Source: Patescibacteria group bacterium (lineage in GTDB: Bacteria > Patescibacteriota > Patescibacteriia > UBA9934 > GWF2-40-263). Taken from it: DNA of 64,000 bases. Each line of letters opens with the position of its first letter. Position 1 is the first letter of the stretch. The notes beneath the pieces were generated by a model, which was given only the letters and a program-made list of their open reading frames with translations, searched no databases and had not been told where the DNA came from. A program made the position numbers and the translations under genes. The stretch lies in contig SCUM01000001.1 in the NCBI GenBank assembly GCA_004297215.1, forward strand, positions 481,181-545,180, given 5' to 3'. Of the stretch, positions 18,283 through 29,068 are shown piece by piece.

Positions 18283-18342
18283 AGTTCGTAGTGCGTAGGT
18301 GGTAGTGCGTAGGTGGTAGGACGAAATCCTACGCACTACGTA
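18283..18342. promoter_or_regulatory. Intercistronic hairpin / tandem repeat between prfB and the epimerase gene.
   Basis: gtagtgcgtaggtg occurs twice in tandem and is followed by its inverted copy cctacgcactac, giving a perfect 12-bp stem. Confidence 0.35.
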
Positions 18343-19462
18343 CTACCCCCTACCCCCTTTTAATTCCAGCTGCAAATAGGCTTCCATGAACGGCTCAAGC
18401 TCGCCGTTTAGCACTCCCTCGGCGTCGCTCGTCTCGTACCCGGTGCGGTGGTCCTTCACCAGCTTGTACGGATGCAGCACGTAGGAACGGATCTGGTTGC
18501 CCCATTCCGCGCTCTGGTAGTCGCCGCGCAGCCCCGCCTCCTTGGCCCGGCGCTCTTCCTCCTGCCTGGCCACGAGCTTTCCCATCAGGATCTTCATGGC
18601 GGTCTCGCGGTTCTGCTTCTGGCTGCGCTCGTTCTGGCACTGCACCGTGATGCCGGTCGGGACGTGCACGATGCGCACCGCGGAGTACGTGGTGTTCACG
18701 CTCTGGCCGCCCTTCCCTCCCGACATGAACGTGTCGATGCGCAGGTCCTTCTCGTCGATCTTGATGTCGGGCAGCTCGTCGAGCTCCGGCACGGCCTCGA
18801 CGAGCGCGAAGGTGGTGTGGCGCATCTTCTCGGCGTCGAACGGGGAAATGCGCACGAGGCGGTGCACGCCGTGCTCGGACTTGAGGTAGCCGTACGCGTG
18901 CCGGCCCGTGATGCGGAAGGTGATGCTCTTGAAGCCGACGTCGCCCCGGCTCTCGTCGAGCACGTCCACCTCGAAGCCCTTGGCTTCGGCGAAACGCATG
19001 TACATGCGGAACAGCATCGCGCTCCAATCGTTCGCCTCGGTGCCGCCGGAGCCGGCATGGATGGACAGGATGGCGTTGCTGCCGTCGTAGGGCCCGGAGA
19101 ACAGCACGGCGAACTCCATCTTGGCGAACCGCTCCTCGAACCCCTTGAGTGACGCGGCGATCTCGTCGCGCATCCCCCCCTGCCCTGAGCTCGTCGAAGG
19201 GTCCGCGTCGGCGAGCTCCGCGACGTCCTTCAGGTCGGAAATCTCCTTCAAGAAGGACTCCCAGGATCCCACTTCGCCCCGCAGGTCCGCCGCGCGCTTG
19301 CCCACCTTGCGCGCGTGCTCCTGGTCGCTCCAAAAATCCGCCGATTCCATCTCGGCTTCGAGCGCCTTCACCTCCGTCTTGACCGTATCGAGGTCAAAGC
19401 AACCCCCACGTGCGCAGGACGCGCTCGCGGAGGGCTTCGATCTGGCGGATGAGGTCTTTCAT
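18343..19462 (-). CDS. prfB: Peptide chain release factor 2, made by a programmed +1 frameshift.
   Basis: ORF1 MKDLIRQIEALRERVLRTWGLL ends at the classic shift site CTT TGA C (plus-strand 19393-19399), preceded by the internal SD-like GGGGG. The +1 frame continues DLDTVKTEVKALEAEMES… and includes the GGQ motif (SGGKGGQSVNTT). Confidence 0.85.
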
Positions 19463-19550
19463 ATCGAGAGGTCGTAAAGGTGGTAAGGGTCGTAAAGGTG
19501 TTGGAATCTTTTTTAAAAAATTTCCTTCACCTTTATCACCTTTCAAACCT

Positions 19551-19883
19551 TTACAACTTTATCGTCTTCGCGAACTTCCCCAGCACGGGCATCTCCCACT
19601 GCTTCCCGTTGTACGCGTTCACCATCCCGAGGATCATCAGGCAGAACAGGGCGAGGGAACCGAAGAGCCACACGACCGGTCCGATGGGCGGCACCGCGAT
19701 GCCGGCCCACAGGAGGATGAGGGCGATGAGCAGCACGAGCCCTTGCTTGCCATGGAACCGGGCGAACGGACTGTCCTTCGCGAGGAGCAACGGGACGAGG
19801 CACAGGATGCCGAGATAGCCGATGGCGGCAATGGCGCGGTTCTCCTGCGCGTCGTCGATGGGTTGTTTGGCTGAGTCTGACAC
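19551..19883 (-). CDS. Small membrane protein (DUF4870-like).
   Basis: Two or three hydrophobic helices (AAIGYLGILCLVPLLLA, LVLLIALILLWAGIAVPPIGPVVWLFGSLALFCLMILG). The ORF-track N-terminus (MKPFRFSF…) is the translated TIR element, so the true start is probably the GTG near 19883. Confidence 0.5.
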   Translation of the reverse strand: MSDSAKQPIDDAQENRAIAAIGYLGILCLVPLLLAKDSPFARFHGKQGLVLLIALILLWAGIAVPPIGPVVWLFGSLALFCLMILGMVNAYNGKQWEMPVLGKFAKTIKL

Positions 19884-19900
19884 AGCGGATGAAGCATAAG

Positions 19901-20033
19901 GTAAAACATGAAATCGTGAAAGGATGTTGAAAGACATGTGAAGGAATGAAAAACGAAACGGTTTCACCCGTTTCGCCTTTCACACGTTTTCACGTGTCCG
20001 TTCAAGATTTCAAGTTTTCACGTTTCAAGTTTT
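19901..20033. repeat. MITE-like low-GC TIR element, gene-less copy B.
   Basis: Right arm ccgttcaagatttcaagttttcacgtttcaagtttt, central hairpin cgaaacggtttcacccgtttcg, and a degenerate left arm. Lies between the groEL stop and the downstream gene. Confidence 0.6.
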
Positions 20034-20036
20034 CTC

Positions 20037-21737
<1,701 letters not shown>

Positions 21738-22028
21738 TTATTCGATCACCGCCATCACGTCGTCGGCCTTGATGACGAGGTACTCGTCCTTGCCGACCTT
21801 CACCTCGTCCGGCGCGTACTTCTTGAACACCACCTTGTCGCCCGCCCTCACCTCCATGGCGGCGCGCGACCCGTTCTCGAGCAGCTTGCCGGGGCCCGCG
21901 GCGATCACTTCGCCCCGTTCCGGGCGTTCCTTGTCCACGGTGTCGGGAATGATGATGCCGGAGGCGGAAGTCTCCTCCTTGGAGGAGGCTTTCACGATGA
22001 GGTGGTCGCTGAGCGGACGGAGGTTCAT
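21738..22028 (-). CDS. groS: Co-chaperonin GroES.
   Basis: MNLRPLSDHLIVKASSKEETSASGIIIPDTVDKERPERGEVIAAGPGK…; 96 aa; its stop is 3 nt before the groEL start. Confidence 0.9.
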   Translation of the reverse strand: MNLRPLSDHLIVKASSKEETSASGIIIPDTVDKERPERGEVIAAGPGKLLENGSRAAMEVRAGDKVVFKKYAPDEVKVGKDEYLVIKADDVMAVIE

Positions 22029-22150
22029 AGGGTTTAGCAGTCGAATATTTTGAGTGCTAATGCCGGCATCTTGAAGAAAACGGGGGGGGATGTCAAGGGA
22101 TGAAAAAAGCCCTGGCGAACCAGGACTTCGTGACGGGCGCGCAGCGTGCG

Positions 22151-23140
22151 TCAGCCGATCTTGATCTTGCGTCCGCCCGGCGGAAGCGGATCGGGGCAGA
22201 AGGAACGGTCGGTGACGAAGACGGAACAGGCGTCGAACGCCTGGTCGCGGGCGGCGGTCACGGATGCGACGAGGAGATTCATCGGGTCGTCCTTGTCTTT
22301 CGACGGGATGAAGACGGACGCCTGCCTGATCCCCGACCGGTCCATCAGTCCTTTCAGGATCCCGACGGCTTCCGCGTCCCAGTCCCATGCCGACGGACGT
22401 GCCGCCATCTGGTTGACGTCGGCTCCCAGGCGGATCTTGCGTTCACGAAACCCCGTCGGGTCGTCATGGAACGTGGCCGCGTCCCCGTCCAAGACGAGGA
22501 CCGCTTCGGCGTGGATCGTCCTGCTCACCTCAAAATCGTCATGGACGGCCACGGCCCGGTCGAACTCCTCGCAGGTTTCCCGCTCGAGGAAAGCGATGGC
22601 CGACAGCCCCATCTCCCGCACGAAGGCGCGCGCCTGCTCCGCCTTCTTGCCGCGCGCGCATTCCTCGAACAGGAGCATGATGGCCGCGTCCACGGTCGCC
22701 TCTCGCTCCTGGGAGCGCGTCGCCATGGTGGCGCGATGCTCGGTCCCTTCCAGCGCGACGAGCACGAGGCCCGACCCGATGACCTTGACCGGGCCGTAGA
22801 GCACGCGCCGGTCGGCATCGGCGTCCTGGAGCATCCGCACGCCGGCGGACCCGAACGCCTTCTCCGTGTCGACGAAACGCCGGAGCTCCCTGGAACGCGC
22901 GTTGGGCGTCACCTGGTCCCAGATCATCTTCGCGCGCGACGCCGGATCCTGCATGGGCGGCGCGAAGTGCAACAGCGTCTCGAGGAACGCGCCATCGAGC
23001 GCGCCGCGCTCGCAGGCGAATGCCAGGCGGCCGCGCAGGTCATGCGTGCCCATCCTGCAGGCGAGGGCGGCCATCCTGTTGGCGCGATAGGCGTCGCGCA
23101 ACTCGGTCATCGAACGGGAAAAGGGGGAAAGATCGGACAT
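22151..23140 (-). CDS. Hypothetical protein.
   Basis: 329-aa ORF. Start at MSDLSPF is preceded by GGAGG. No family recognised. Confidence 0.5.
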   Translation of the reverse strand: MSDLSPFSRSMTELRDAYRANRMAALACRMGTHDLRGRLAFACERGALDGAFLETLLHFAPPMQDPASRAKMIWDQVTPNARSRELRRFVDTEKAFGSAGVRMLQDADADRRVLYGPVKVIGSGLVLVALEGTEHRATMATRSQEREATVDAAIMLLFEECARGKKAEQARAFVREMGLSAIAFLERETCEEFDRAVAVHDDFEVSRTIHAEAVLVLDGDAATFHDDPTGFRERKIRLGADVNQMAARPSAWDWDAEAVGILKGLMDRSGIRQASVFIPSKDKDDPMNLLVASVTAARDQAFDACSVFVTDRSFCPDPLPPGGRKIKIG

Positions 23141-23210
23141 CGGATGCCTCCTTGGTTGCCCGCCAGGCATTGGTCGGGACGACAAAATCTACCAAGCCGG
23201 ACCCGACGCG

Positions 23211-24482
23211 TCAACCTTTCCCCCGTACGACCGAGGCGCCCGCCACGGCGGCGAGCGACAGCCCGGCCCAGAGGCTCCACAGGTAATGGTCGAACAGGCC
23301 AAGGGTGATGAGCAAGACGGTTCCGGAGAGGGCAAAGACGCGTTCGGAGCGGACGTGGATTCCGTTCACCGCCTTCCATCCGCGACGCAAGAACGGAAGG
23401 GAGGCGAACAATCCTACGAGGCCCACCTCGACGAGATACAAGAGGAATGCGTTATGGACCGGCTGATATTCGTACGCCGGCGCGCCGGGTCGGAACGTGG
23501 AAAGCGCGAGGGTGTAGAGCGACGGGCCCACTCCGGTGACCGGGCTGATCGCAAAGGCCTCGGGAGCCTCTCGGTACGAAGCCGAACGCTCGGCGAGCGA
23601 ACGGGCCTCGAGGCGCGCGCCGGGAGTGAAGCGCGTAAAAAGCTGGGTGTGGAACACGAGCATGGTGATGACGAGCGCCAGCAGCGATGCCCAGATGAGC
23701 GGCAGCCCGGCGTGCGCGCGAAGGCGGCCGTGCCACATGAGCGCCGCGACCACGAACCCGAGCGAAAGCGCCGCGGCAAGCCAGGCACCGCGTGAGAAGG
23801 TGATGACGAGCGTCGCGGCGAGGAGCATGGCGGGCAACGCGAGATGGTGTCGGCGCGCGTGGTCGCGCAAACGCGACGCGAGGACGGCCAGGGCCCAAAG
23901 CCCGACAGCCAAAAATCCACCGAACACGTTCGGATGCGGGAACGGGCCGTAGGCGCGCAGCGTGCGCTCCCCTGCCGCCGACTCGACGACCGACTGCCCG
24001 AGCGTCGCGGCATCATGACCGGCAAGCCCGAGCCATTTCTGCGGGAATGACGAGCCGGCAATGACCTGGTCCCAGCCGAGCAACGCCGCGGGGATGAGCC
24101 CGACGACGAATGCCGTGAGCGCCTGCGTCGCGTCCGTGCGTTCGTCGAGCAGGAGCAGGAACAGGAGCGCGGCCATGGCGGCATGGAAGGTGGCGCCTAG
24201 CGCGACCGCGGGGATGGGCGTGAAGACGGACGAGAACGCGCAGGCGAGGAGGATCCACGAGAGCGGGATCGCGAATCGCGACCTGTCGCCGAGCCGAAGA
24301 CGGCCGTAGAGCGCGGCGGAGGCGAGCACGAGCAGCTCCGCGGCGTAGAGGGAGACGGTGCCGTACTCCCAGGGGAGACCGTCCATCTTTCCGGATACGA
24401 CGATCCAACGCGTCTGCCAAGGAAGCAGCACGAGGGCGAGCAGGAGGGCGAAGCGCCCGAGGCGTTCACGCGTCATAGGCAT
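23211..24482 (-). CDS. O-antigen ligase family membrane protein (Wzy_C/RfaL-like).
   Basis: At least 10 predicted TM helices. Motifs GPFPHPNVFGGFL, ITFSRGAWLA and PVHNAFLLYLVEVGLVGL are typical of O-antigen polymerase/ligase domains. Confidence 0.7.
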   Translation of the reverse strand: MPMTRERLGRFALLLALVLLPWQTRWIVVSGKMDGLPWEYGTVSLYAAELLVLASAALYGRLRLGDRSRFAIPLSWILLACAFSSVFTPIPAVALGATFHAAMAALLFLLLLDERTDATQALTAFVVGLIPAALLGWDQVIAGSSFPQKWLGLAGHDAATLGQSVVESAAGERTLRAYGPFPHPNVFGGFLAVGLWALAVLASRLRDHARRHHLALPAMLLAATLVITFSRGAWLAAALSLGFVVAALMWHGRLRAHAGLPLIWASLLALVITMLVFHTQLFTRFTPGARLEARSLAERSASYREAPEAFAISPVTGVGPSLYTLALSTFRPGAPAYEYQPVHNAFLLYLVEVGLVGLFASLPFLRRGWKAVNGIHVRSERVFALSGTVLLITLGLFDHYLWSLWAGLSLAAVAGASVVRGKG

Positions 24483-25422
24483 AGGTCCGGCAAAGGGCCA
24501 TCCATCGGTCGCGGTATTCCGCACGGCGGTCGTTTTCGTGGAACTTGAGCATCTCGTCGTTCACCACCACGCGGGAGTCGCGGTTCATGAGGGTGCGCAG
24601 GGAGTGCGGGAGGCGGCGGAGTTGGATCCAGCGGGCCAGACGCTCGACATGTCCACCACGTCCAACACCCGGTGTTGGACGTGTCGTTTCCTTAGGAAAA
24701 CCAGGGTTCTCAAGATCTCGATTTTCAAAATCGCCAGGTTTTTTACAAAAACTGGAATTCCCAACACCAGGTGTTGGGTCCTGTGAACGGACATCTCCGT
24801 ACACCGTCCGCAGCGACCGGATCCACACCTCCAGATACGGATCCCCTCCCGGCAAAGCGAGCGTCTCGAGGGCGGGCGCGGCCGTGGACGCGAAGAAGCT
24901 GAAGCAGAACGGGTCGCGCGCGCCGTCTTCGGGCCTCTGGCGCAGGATCGCGAATGGCGTGACGCACATGAGCCGCGCGGTCCAGGTAAGCCCCGGCATC
25001 GTGCGTACGAACAGGTCGATGTCGCTCTCCGGCCGCGTATGCATGAACGCGAGCGTGTTCGCGGCCGCGACGGCGCGCACGCCCGGGACACGACGAAGGA
25101 ATCGGACGGCGCGGCGAAGGGCACGCATCTTGCGCAGCGCGTCACGACGACGCGCGTGGCGCGTACGCGCGAGCGCCACGGCGTCAGTGCCCGGAAGCGC
25201 ATGGAAGCCGTCCTTAGACGGGTATCCCCCGCCCCGTAGCGCGGCATCGACCTCGTCGAGGGACGGCTTCTCGCCCGTGACGAACAACCATTTCCAGGTC
25301 TCGAACGCCGTGGGGGCGTAGTCAAAAAGCGAAAACCAAGCGAGGGTCCGGAGAATGGCCTTGTGGAGCGCTTCGTCCATAAACGCAAAGGATGCCCGTC
25401 TGGGGCATCCTACATGCTTCAT
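24466..25422 (-). CDS. Hypothetical protein (possible minimal nucleotidyltransferase-like motif) that contains an in-frame REP doublet.
   Basis: A 318-aa ORF reads through two REP palindromes (translated PTPGVG…PTPGVG). TRPESDIDLFV resembles an NTase hG[GS]…DxD motif. Overlaps the ligase start by about 17 nt. Confidence 0.45.
   Translation of the reverse strand: MKHVGCPRRASFAFMDEALHKAILRTLAWFSLFDYAPTAFETWKWLFVTGEKPSLDEVDAALRGGGYPSKDGFHALPGTDAVALARTRHARRRDALRKMRALRRAVRFLRRVPGVRAVAAANTLAFMHTRPESDIDLFVRTMPGLTWTARLMCVTPFAILRQRPEDGARDPFCFSFFASTAAPALETLALPGGDPYLEVWIRSLRTVYGDVRSQDPTPGVGNSSFCKKPGDFENRDLENPGFPKETTRPTPGVGRGGHVERLARWIQLRRLPHSLRTLMNRDSRVVVNDEMLKFHENDRRAEYRDRWMALCRTYAYDA
24660..24778. 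repeat. REP doublet with an AT-rich spacer (BIME-like), located inside an ORF.
   Basis: gtccaacacccggtgttggac (24660-24680) and cccaacaccaggtgttggg (24760-24778) flank an 80-bp low-GC spacer. Confidence 0.75.
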
Positions 25423-26156
25423 CCGATGACCTCCACTGCGGCTGGTTTCTTCTTCCGGAACGCGACCATCTGCTGTCCGATCGACACCAGCGTGTTCGTG
25501 ATCCAGTACAGGAGCAATCCGGCCGGCAACCCGGCGCCGATCACGGCGGTCATCACCGGCATGGTGTACTGCATGGACTTGTTCATGGCCGCCAGCATGT
25601 CCTCGTCCTTGGCCCCTTCCGGCACGGGCTTCTTGACTCGGGTCGCCGTGAGCATCCGCATCTGGGCGAAGGTGGCGAGTCCGGTGACGAGCGCGAGCGG
25701 GACGTTCTTCTTGGTAAGGTCGAGGATGCCGAGGAAGGTCTCGTTGATTCCCCCTGGATTGGGCACGAAGGAGTACAGGTTTGAGAACCCTTCGGTCGTG
25801 AGGCCGGACTGGAGCACGGCATACAGGGCGAACAGCACCGGCAGCTGCACGAGCACCGGCAGGCAGGAGGAAAGCGGGTTCACCTTCTCGCTCGCGTACA
25901 ACGCGATCACCGCCTTGCCGAACGCGTCCTTATCGGCCCCGTGAGCCGCCTTGAGCGCGTCGATCTTGGGCTGCAACTCCTGCAGCGCTTTCTGGGACAA
26001 CAGGGAGGAGTGGTTGAGCGGCCAGAACACGAGCTTCACGAGGATGGTGAGCGCGATAATCGCGAGCCCCATGTCGTGCCCGGGAATGATGTCGTACAGC
26101 CCGATCAACAGGTTGTAGAGCGGCTGATAAAGGACGGCGTGCAAGAGACCTCCCAT
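25419..26156 (-). CDS. yidC: Membrane protein insertase YidC (short form).
   Basis: 245 aa with 5 TM helices and conserved YidC/Oxa1 segments (LLQSGLTTEGFSNLYSF…, AGLLLYWITNTLVSIGQQ). Confidence 0.85.
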   Translation of the reverse strand: MGGLLHAVLYQPLYNLLIGLYDIIPGHDMGLAIIALTILVKLVFWPLNHSSLLSQKALQELQPKIDALKAAHGADKDAFGKAVIALYASEKVNPLSSCLPVLVQLPVLFALYAVLQSGLTTEGFSNLYSFVPNPGGINETFLGILDLTKKNVPLALVTGLATFAQMRMLTATRVKKPVPEGAKDEDMLAAMNKSMQYTMPVMTAVIGAGLPAGLLLYWITNTLVSIGQQMVAFRKKKPAAVEVIG

Positions 26157-26162
26157 AGGATG

Positions 26163-27428
26163 TCAGGAGTTAGTCGTCGGGAGTGGGGAGTCGGTAGGCT
26201 CGACGACCGGTTCAACGGTCGCCGTTTCCAACGCGGCCTCGGCCACGACTTCGGGGGCCGGCTTCCCAGCTTCTACGATGTTGATCTTCCAACCCGTGAG
26301 GCGGGAGGCGAGGCGCACGTTCTGTCCGCCGCGGCCGATCGCGAGGGAGAGCTGGTCGGCGTCCACGTGCACGGTGGCCGTCTTCGACCCCTCGTTGAGG
26401 TCGACCCCTTTTACCTTCGCCGGCGAGAGGGAATGGGGGATGAACCTGATCGGGTCGGCGTTCCATTCGACGATATCCACCTTTTCCCCGCCCAGCTCCG
26501 AGATGACGGTCTGGATGCGGGTGCCGCGCTGGCCGATGCACGCGCCGATCGGGTCTACCGCGTCGTCGCCGCTCGACACCGCCACCTTGGAGCGGCTGCC
26601 GGCCTCGCGCGCGATGGCGTTGATCTTCACCGTCCCTTCCCCTACCTCCGGGATCTCCACCTCGAACAGCTTGCGCACGAGCTCCTCCGACGCGCGGGAG
26701 AGCAGGATCTCGGGGCCGCGCGTGGTAAGGGAGACCTGCTTCACGAACACCTTGATGCGTTCGCCCGAATTGTACCGCTCGCTCGAGACCTGGTCCTCCG
26801 GGCGCAGCACGCCCGTGGTGCGGCCGATGTCCACCAGCACGATGCGTCCTTCGCGGCGCTGCACGGTGCCCACGATCACCTTCCCCTCATGCTCCTTGAA
26901 CTCGCTGAACACGATCTCGCGCTCGGCCTCGCGCAGCTTCTGGGTGATGACCTGCTTGGCGGTCATGGCCGCCATGCGGCCGAACTCCCCGGCCATGGGC
27001 ATCTCGGTGCGCAGGACGTCGCCGACCTGCGCGCCCATCTTGAGCACGCGGGCCTCGGAGATCATGATGTCGGTCTTGGGGTTGAAGCGCGGCAGGCCCT
27101 CCTCGTCGATGCTCACCGAAGAGATGACCTCGCCGCGGGCGCGCGCCTCGCGGATGCGCTCGGTGAGCGCCTCGATGCGCGCCTTGCGCTCGAGCTCCGC
27201 GCGCTCGAGCTCCTCCGGGTCCACGTCCTCGACCACGGTCTTCACGTCGAACACCCGCGTCTCGCCGGTCTCGGGGGAGAATTCCGCCTCGACGTTCATG
27301 TTCTTGTCGCCGAAGTCCTTGCGGTACGCGGCCGCGAGCGCGGACTGGATCGCGTCGATGACCGCCTCGTACGCGAGCCCTTTTTCCTCGCAGATCTGAC
27401 GGATGGCTTGTTCGATGGGAGAAGGCAT
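26163..27428 (-). CDS. nusA: Transcription termination/antitermination factor NusA.
   Basis: N-terminal domain, S1 domain (GKVIVGTVQRREGRIVLVDIG) and two KH domains (IGACIGQRGTRIQTV, LAIGRGGQNVRLASRLTGWKINI). Confidence 0.9.
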   Translation of the reverse strand: MPSPIEQAIRQICEEKGLAYEAVIDAIQSALAAAYRKDFGDKNMNVEAEFSPETGETRVFDVKTVVEDVDPEELERAELERKARIEALTERIREARARGEVISSVSIDEEGLPRFNPKTDIMISEARVLKMGAQVGDVLRTEMPMAGEFGRMAAMTAKQVITQKLREAEREIVFSEFKEHEGKVIVGTVQRREGRIVLVDIGRTTGVLRPEDQVSSERYNSGERIKVFVKQVSLTTRGPEILLSRASEELVRKLFEVEIPEVGEGTVKINAIAREAGSRSKVAVSSGDDAVDPIGACIGQRGTRIQTVISELGGEKVDIVEWNADPIRFIPHSLSPAKVKGVDLNEGSKTATVHVDADQLSLAIGRGGQNVRLASRLTGWKINIVEAGKPAPEVVAEAALETATVEPVVEPTDSPLPTTNS

Positions 27429-27510
27429 AGTGAGGAGGCATGAAGGCCTCAGGCGGACAAGGCATCAGCGCTGAAGCCTTATCGCCTGCGGCCTTAATCG
27501 CCTTTTTTTA

Positions 27511-27534
27511 ACAGTCGAACCCGTCGCATGCGAC
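27511..27534. promoter_or_regulatory. 24-bp near-perfect palindrome between yraN and nusA.
   Basis: gaacccgtcgcatgcgacaggttc (1 mismatch), with the core GTCGCATGCGAC perfect. Confidence 0.3.
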
Positions 27535-27556
27535 AGGTTCCAGTGCACGAAGGCTA

Positions 27557-27916
27557 TCACCCTGCGCCCGGACTGTCAATCGACGGAAAATGGGTGATGG
27601 CCCCGCTCGGGTCGATCGCGATCACGTCGAGCCGCCACGGCCTGGCCTCCAAGGCCTTCGCCGAGACGTACGCCTCAGCGCTCAAGCGCATGGTCAGGAA
27701 CTTCTTGCGGGTGATAGCTTCCTCCGGCGCGCCGAACCTCGCGCTGCGCCTGGTCTTCACTTCCACGAACACGAGCTCCGGCCCGTCCTCGCACACGAGG
27801 TCGATCTCCCCGAACGGCGTGCGCGCCTGGCGCGCGACCATGGCGAGGCCCTTTGCGCGCAGGAACCGTTCCGCCGCACGCTCCCCCGCGTTGCCCAGCT
27901 GCCTTCGAGGATCCAT
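27557..27916 (-). CDS. yraN: YraN-family (UPF0102) endonuclease-like protein.
   Basis: RQLGNAGERAAERFLRAKG…GEIDLVCEDGPELVFVEVKTR is typical of UPF0102. Start at MDPRRQ; the upstream ORF-track residues are the translated TIR element. Confidence 0.75.
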   Translation of the reverse strand: MDPRRQLGNAGERAAERFLRAKGLAMVARQARTPFGEIDLVCEDGPELVFVEVKTRRSARFGAPEEAITRKKFLTMRLSAEAYVSAKALEARPWRLDVIAIDPSGAITHFPSIDSPGAG

Positions 27917-27919
27917 AGG

Positions 27920-28065
27920 CGAAAACTTGAAACATGAAAACTTGAAATCTTGAAAGGACACGTGAAAACGTTTGAAGAACGAAATGGCTAAAACCGTTTC
28001 GTCCTTGTTCCATTCGTCCTTTCACGTCTCCATTGGTACTTCAAGTTTTCACGTTTCAAGTTTTT
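27920..28065. repeat. MITE-like low-GC TIR element, complete gene-less copy C (146 bp).
   Basis: Left arm gaaaacttgaaacatgaaaacttgaaatcttgaaagg, right arm cttcaagttttcacgtttcaagttttt, and central hairpin cgaaatggctaaaaccgtttcg. Confidence 0.65.
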
Positions 28066-28067
28066 AT

Positions 28068-28472
28068 TCACGGCAGGTATTTCTCCTTCTCGCGACGCAG
28101 GCGTTCGGCTTCGCGCGCCTTCGGCGCCACGCGCAGCGCCTGCCAGGCGATCGCGCAGGCCCACAAGAGGGCGCCGAGGACGAGCGCGGCGTACCAGAAC
28201 CGGTCGCCGAGGAATCGGACGTTCTCGTAGCTCAGGAACGCGAGCACGAGCCCGACGATCCCGCAGGTGGAAAGCAGGCGGCCGACGCGGCGCAAGGCGC
28301 GCATGGCGTGGCGGTCGTACGAAGAGCGGGACGCGACCACGCGTACCACGACTCCCGAGACGACGCACAGGGCGAGGAGGCCGAGCAAAATCCGCCCGGC
28401 GACCGAAGAGATGTCCGGCGCGGCGCCGAACCAGAAGGAGACGGAAAAAAACGACTTGAGGAAAGAAATCAT
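28068..28472 (-). CDS. Small membrane protein (134 aa, 3-4 TM helices).
   Basis: MISFLKSFFSVSFWFG… with hydrophobic helices. Only the C-terminal 134 codons of the long track ORF 28068-29339 are coherent. Confidence 0.5.
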   Translation of the reverse strand: MISFLKSFFSVSFWFGAAPDISSVAGRILLGLLALCVVSGVVVRVVASRSSYDRHAMRALRRVGRLLSTCGIVGLVLAFLSYENVRFLGDRFWYAALVLGALLWACAIAWQALRVAPKAREAERLRREKEKYLP

Positions 28473-28513
28473 AGCGCCCAAAGAATGACAGCCGCGGCCG
28501 GAAACGTCAACGG

Positions 28514-29065
28514 TTATGCCGCCTTGAACACGAGGCCCCAATGGTGCGGGCCGGCGCGGAACGACTTGTGCTGCACGAACCCGGCGGACGTGACGATCGG
28601 GACGAGCTCCTCGGCGCTCAGGCGCCTCGCGGCGGGCGGGCCGAACGAGGCGCCGGCCTTGTCCCAATCCACCACGAGGAAGGTGCCGCCACGCTTGAGC
28701 ACGCGCTTCACCTCCTTGAGCACGTCCGGGCTCTTCTTGATGAGCGAGGCGATGTTCACGATGGACAGCAGGTCGGCGGCGGCGTCCGGGATGGATACGC
28801 CGTGCAGCCGTTCGATGTCGCCCCACACCGTGGTCACGTTGCTCATCCCCTCGAGCTTCATCCGGCTCTCCACGCCGGCGAGCGCGCCCTTCAGGATGTC
28901 CACGGCCCACACGCGGCCGTCCTTCCCCACCATCTCCGAGGCCGGGAACACGAAATGCCCGAGCGTGCCCGCGCCGAAGTCGGCGTACGAGGCGCCGACG
29001 GACAACCCCGCCTCGGCAAGGACGGCTTTCGGGTCGAGGAGCGCACAGCCGGTGGAGAGTTTCAT
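28514..29065 (-). CDS. Class I SAM-dependent methyltransferase.
   Basis: Motif I DFGAGTLGHF; motif post-I VWAVDI; …LKRGGTFLVVDW. Confidence 0.75.
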   Translation of the reverse strand: MKLSTGCALLDPKAVLAEAGLSVGASYADFGAGTLGHFVFPASEMVGKDGRVWAVDILKGALAGVESRMKLEGMSNVTTVWGDIERLHGVSIPDAAADLLSIVNIASLIKKSPDVLKEVKRVLKRGGTFLVVDWDKAGASFGPPAARRLSAEELVPIVTSAGFVQHKSFRAGPHHWGLVFKAA

Positions 29066-29068
29066 AGG

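Noticed and set aside
18395-19333. 312-aa alternative-frame ORF inside prfB.
   Set aside because: Arg/Gly-rich frame-shadow; the RF2 frame carries the GGQ motif.
22100-23308. 402-aa plus-strand ORF overlapping the hypothetical gene and the O-antigen ligase gene.
   Set aside because: Shadow ORF; the minus-strand genes have an RBS and TM-helix structure.
25941-27443. 500-aa and 373-aa plus-strand ORFs opposite nusA.
   Set aside because: nusA on the minus strand is unambiguous (S1 and KH motifs); these are GC-driven shadows.
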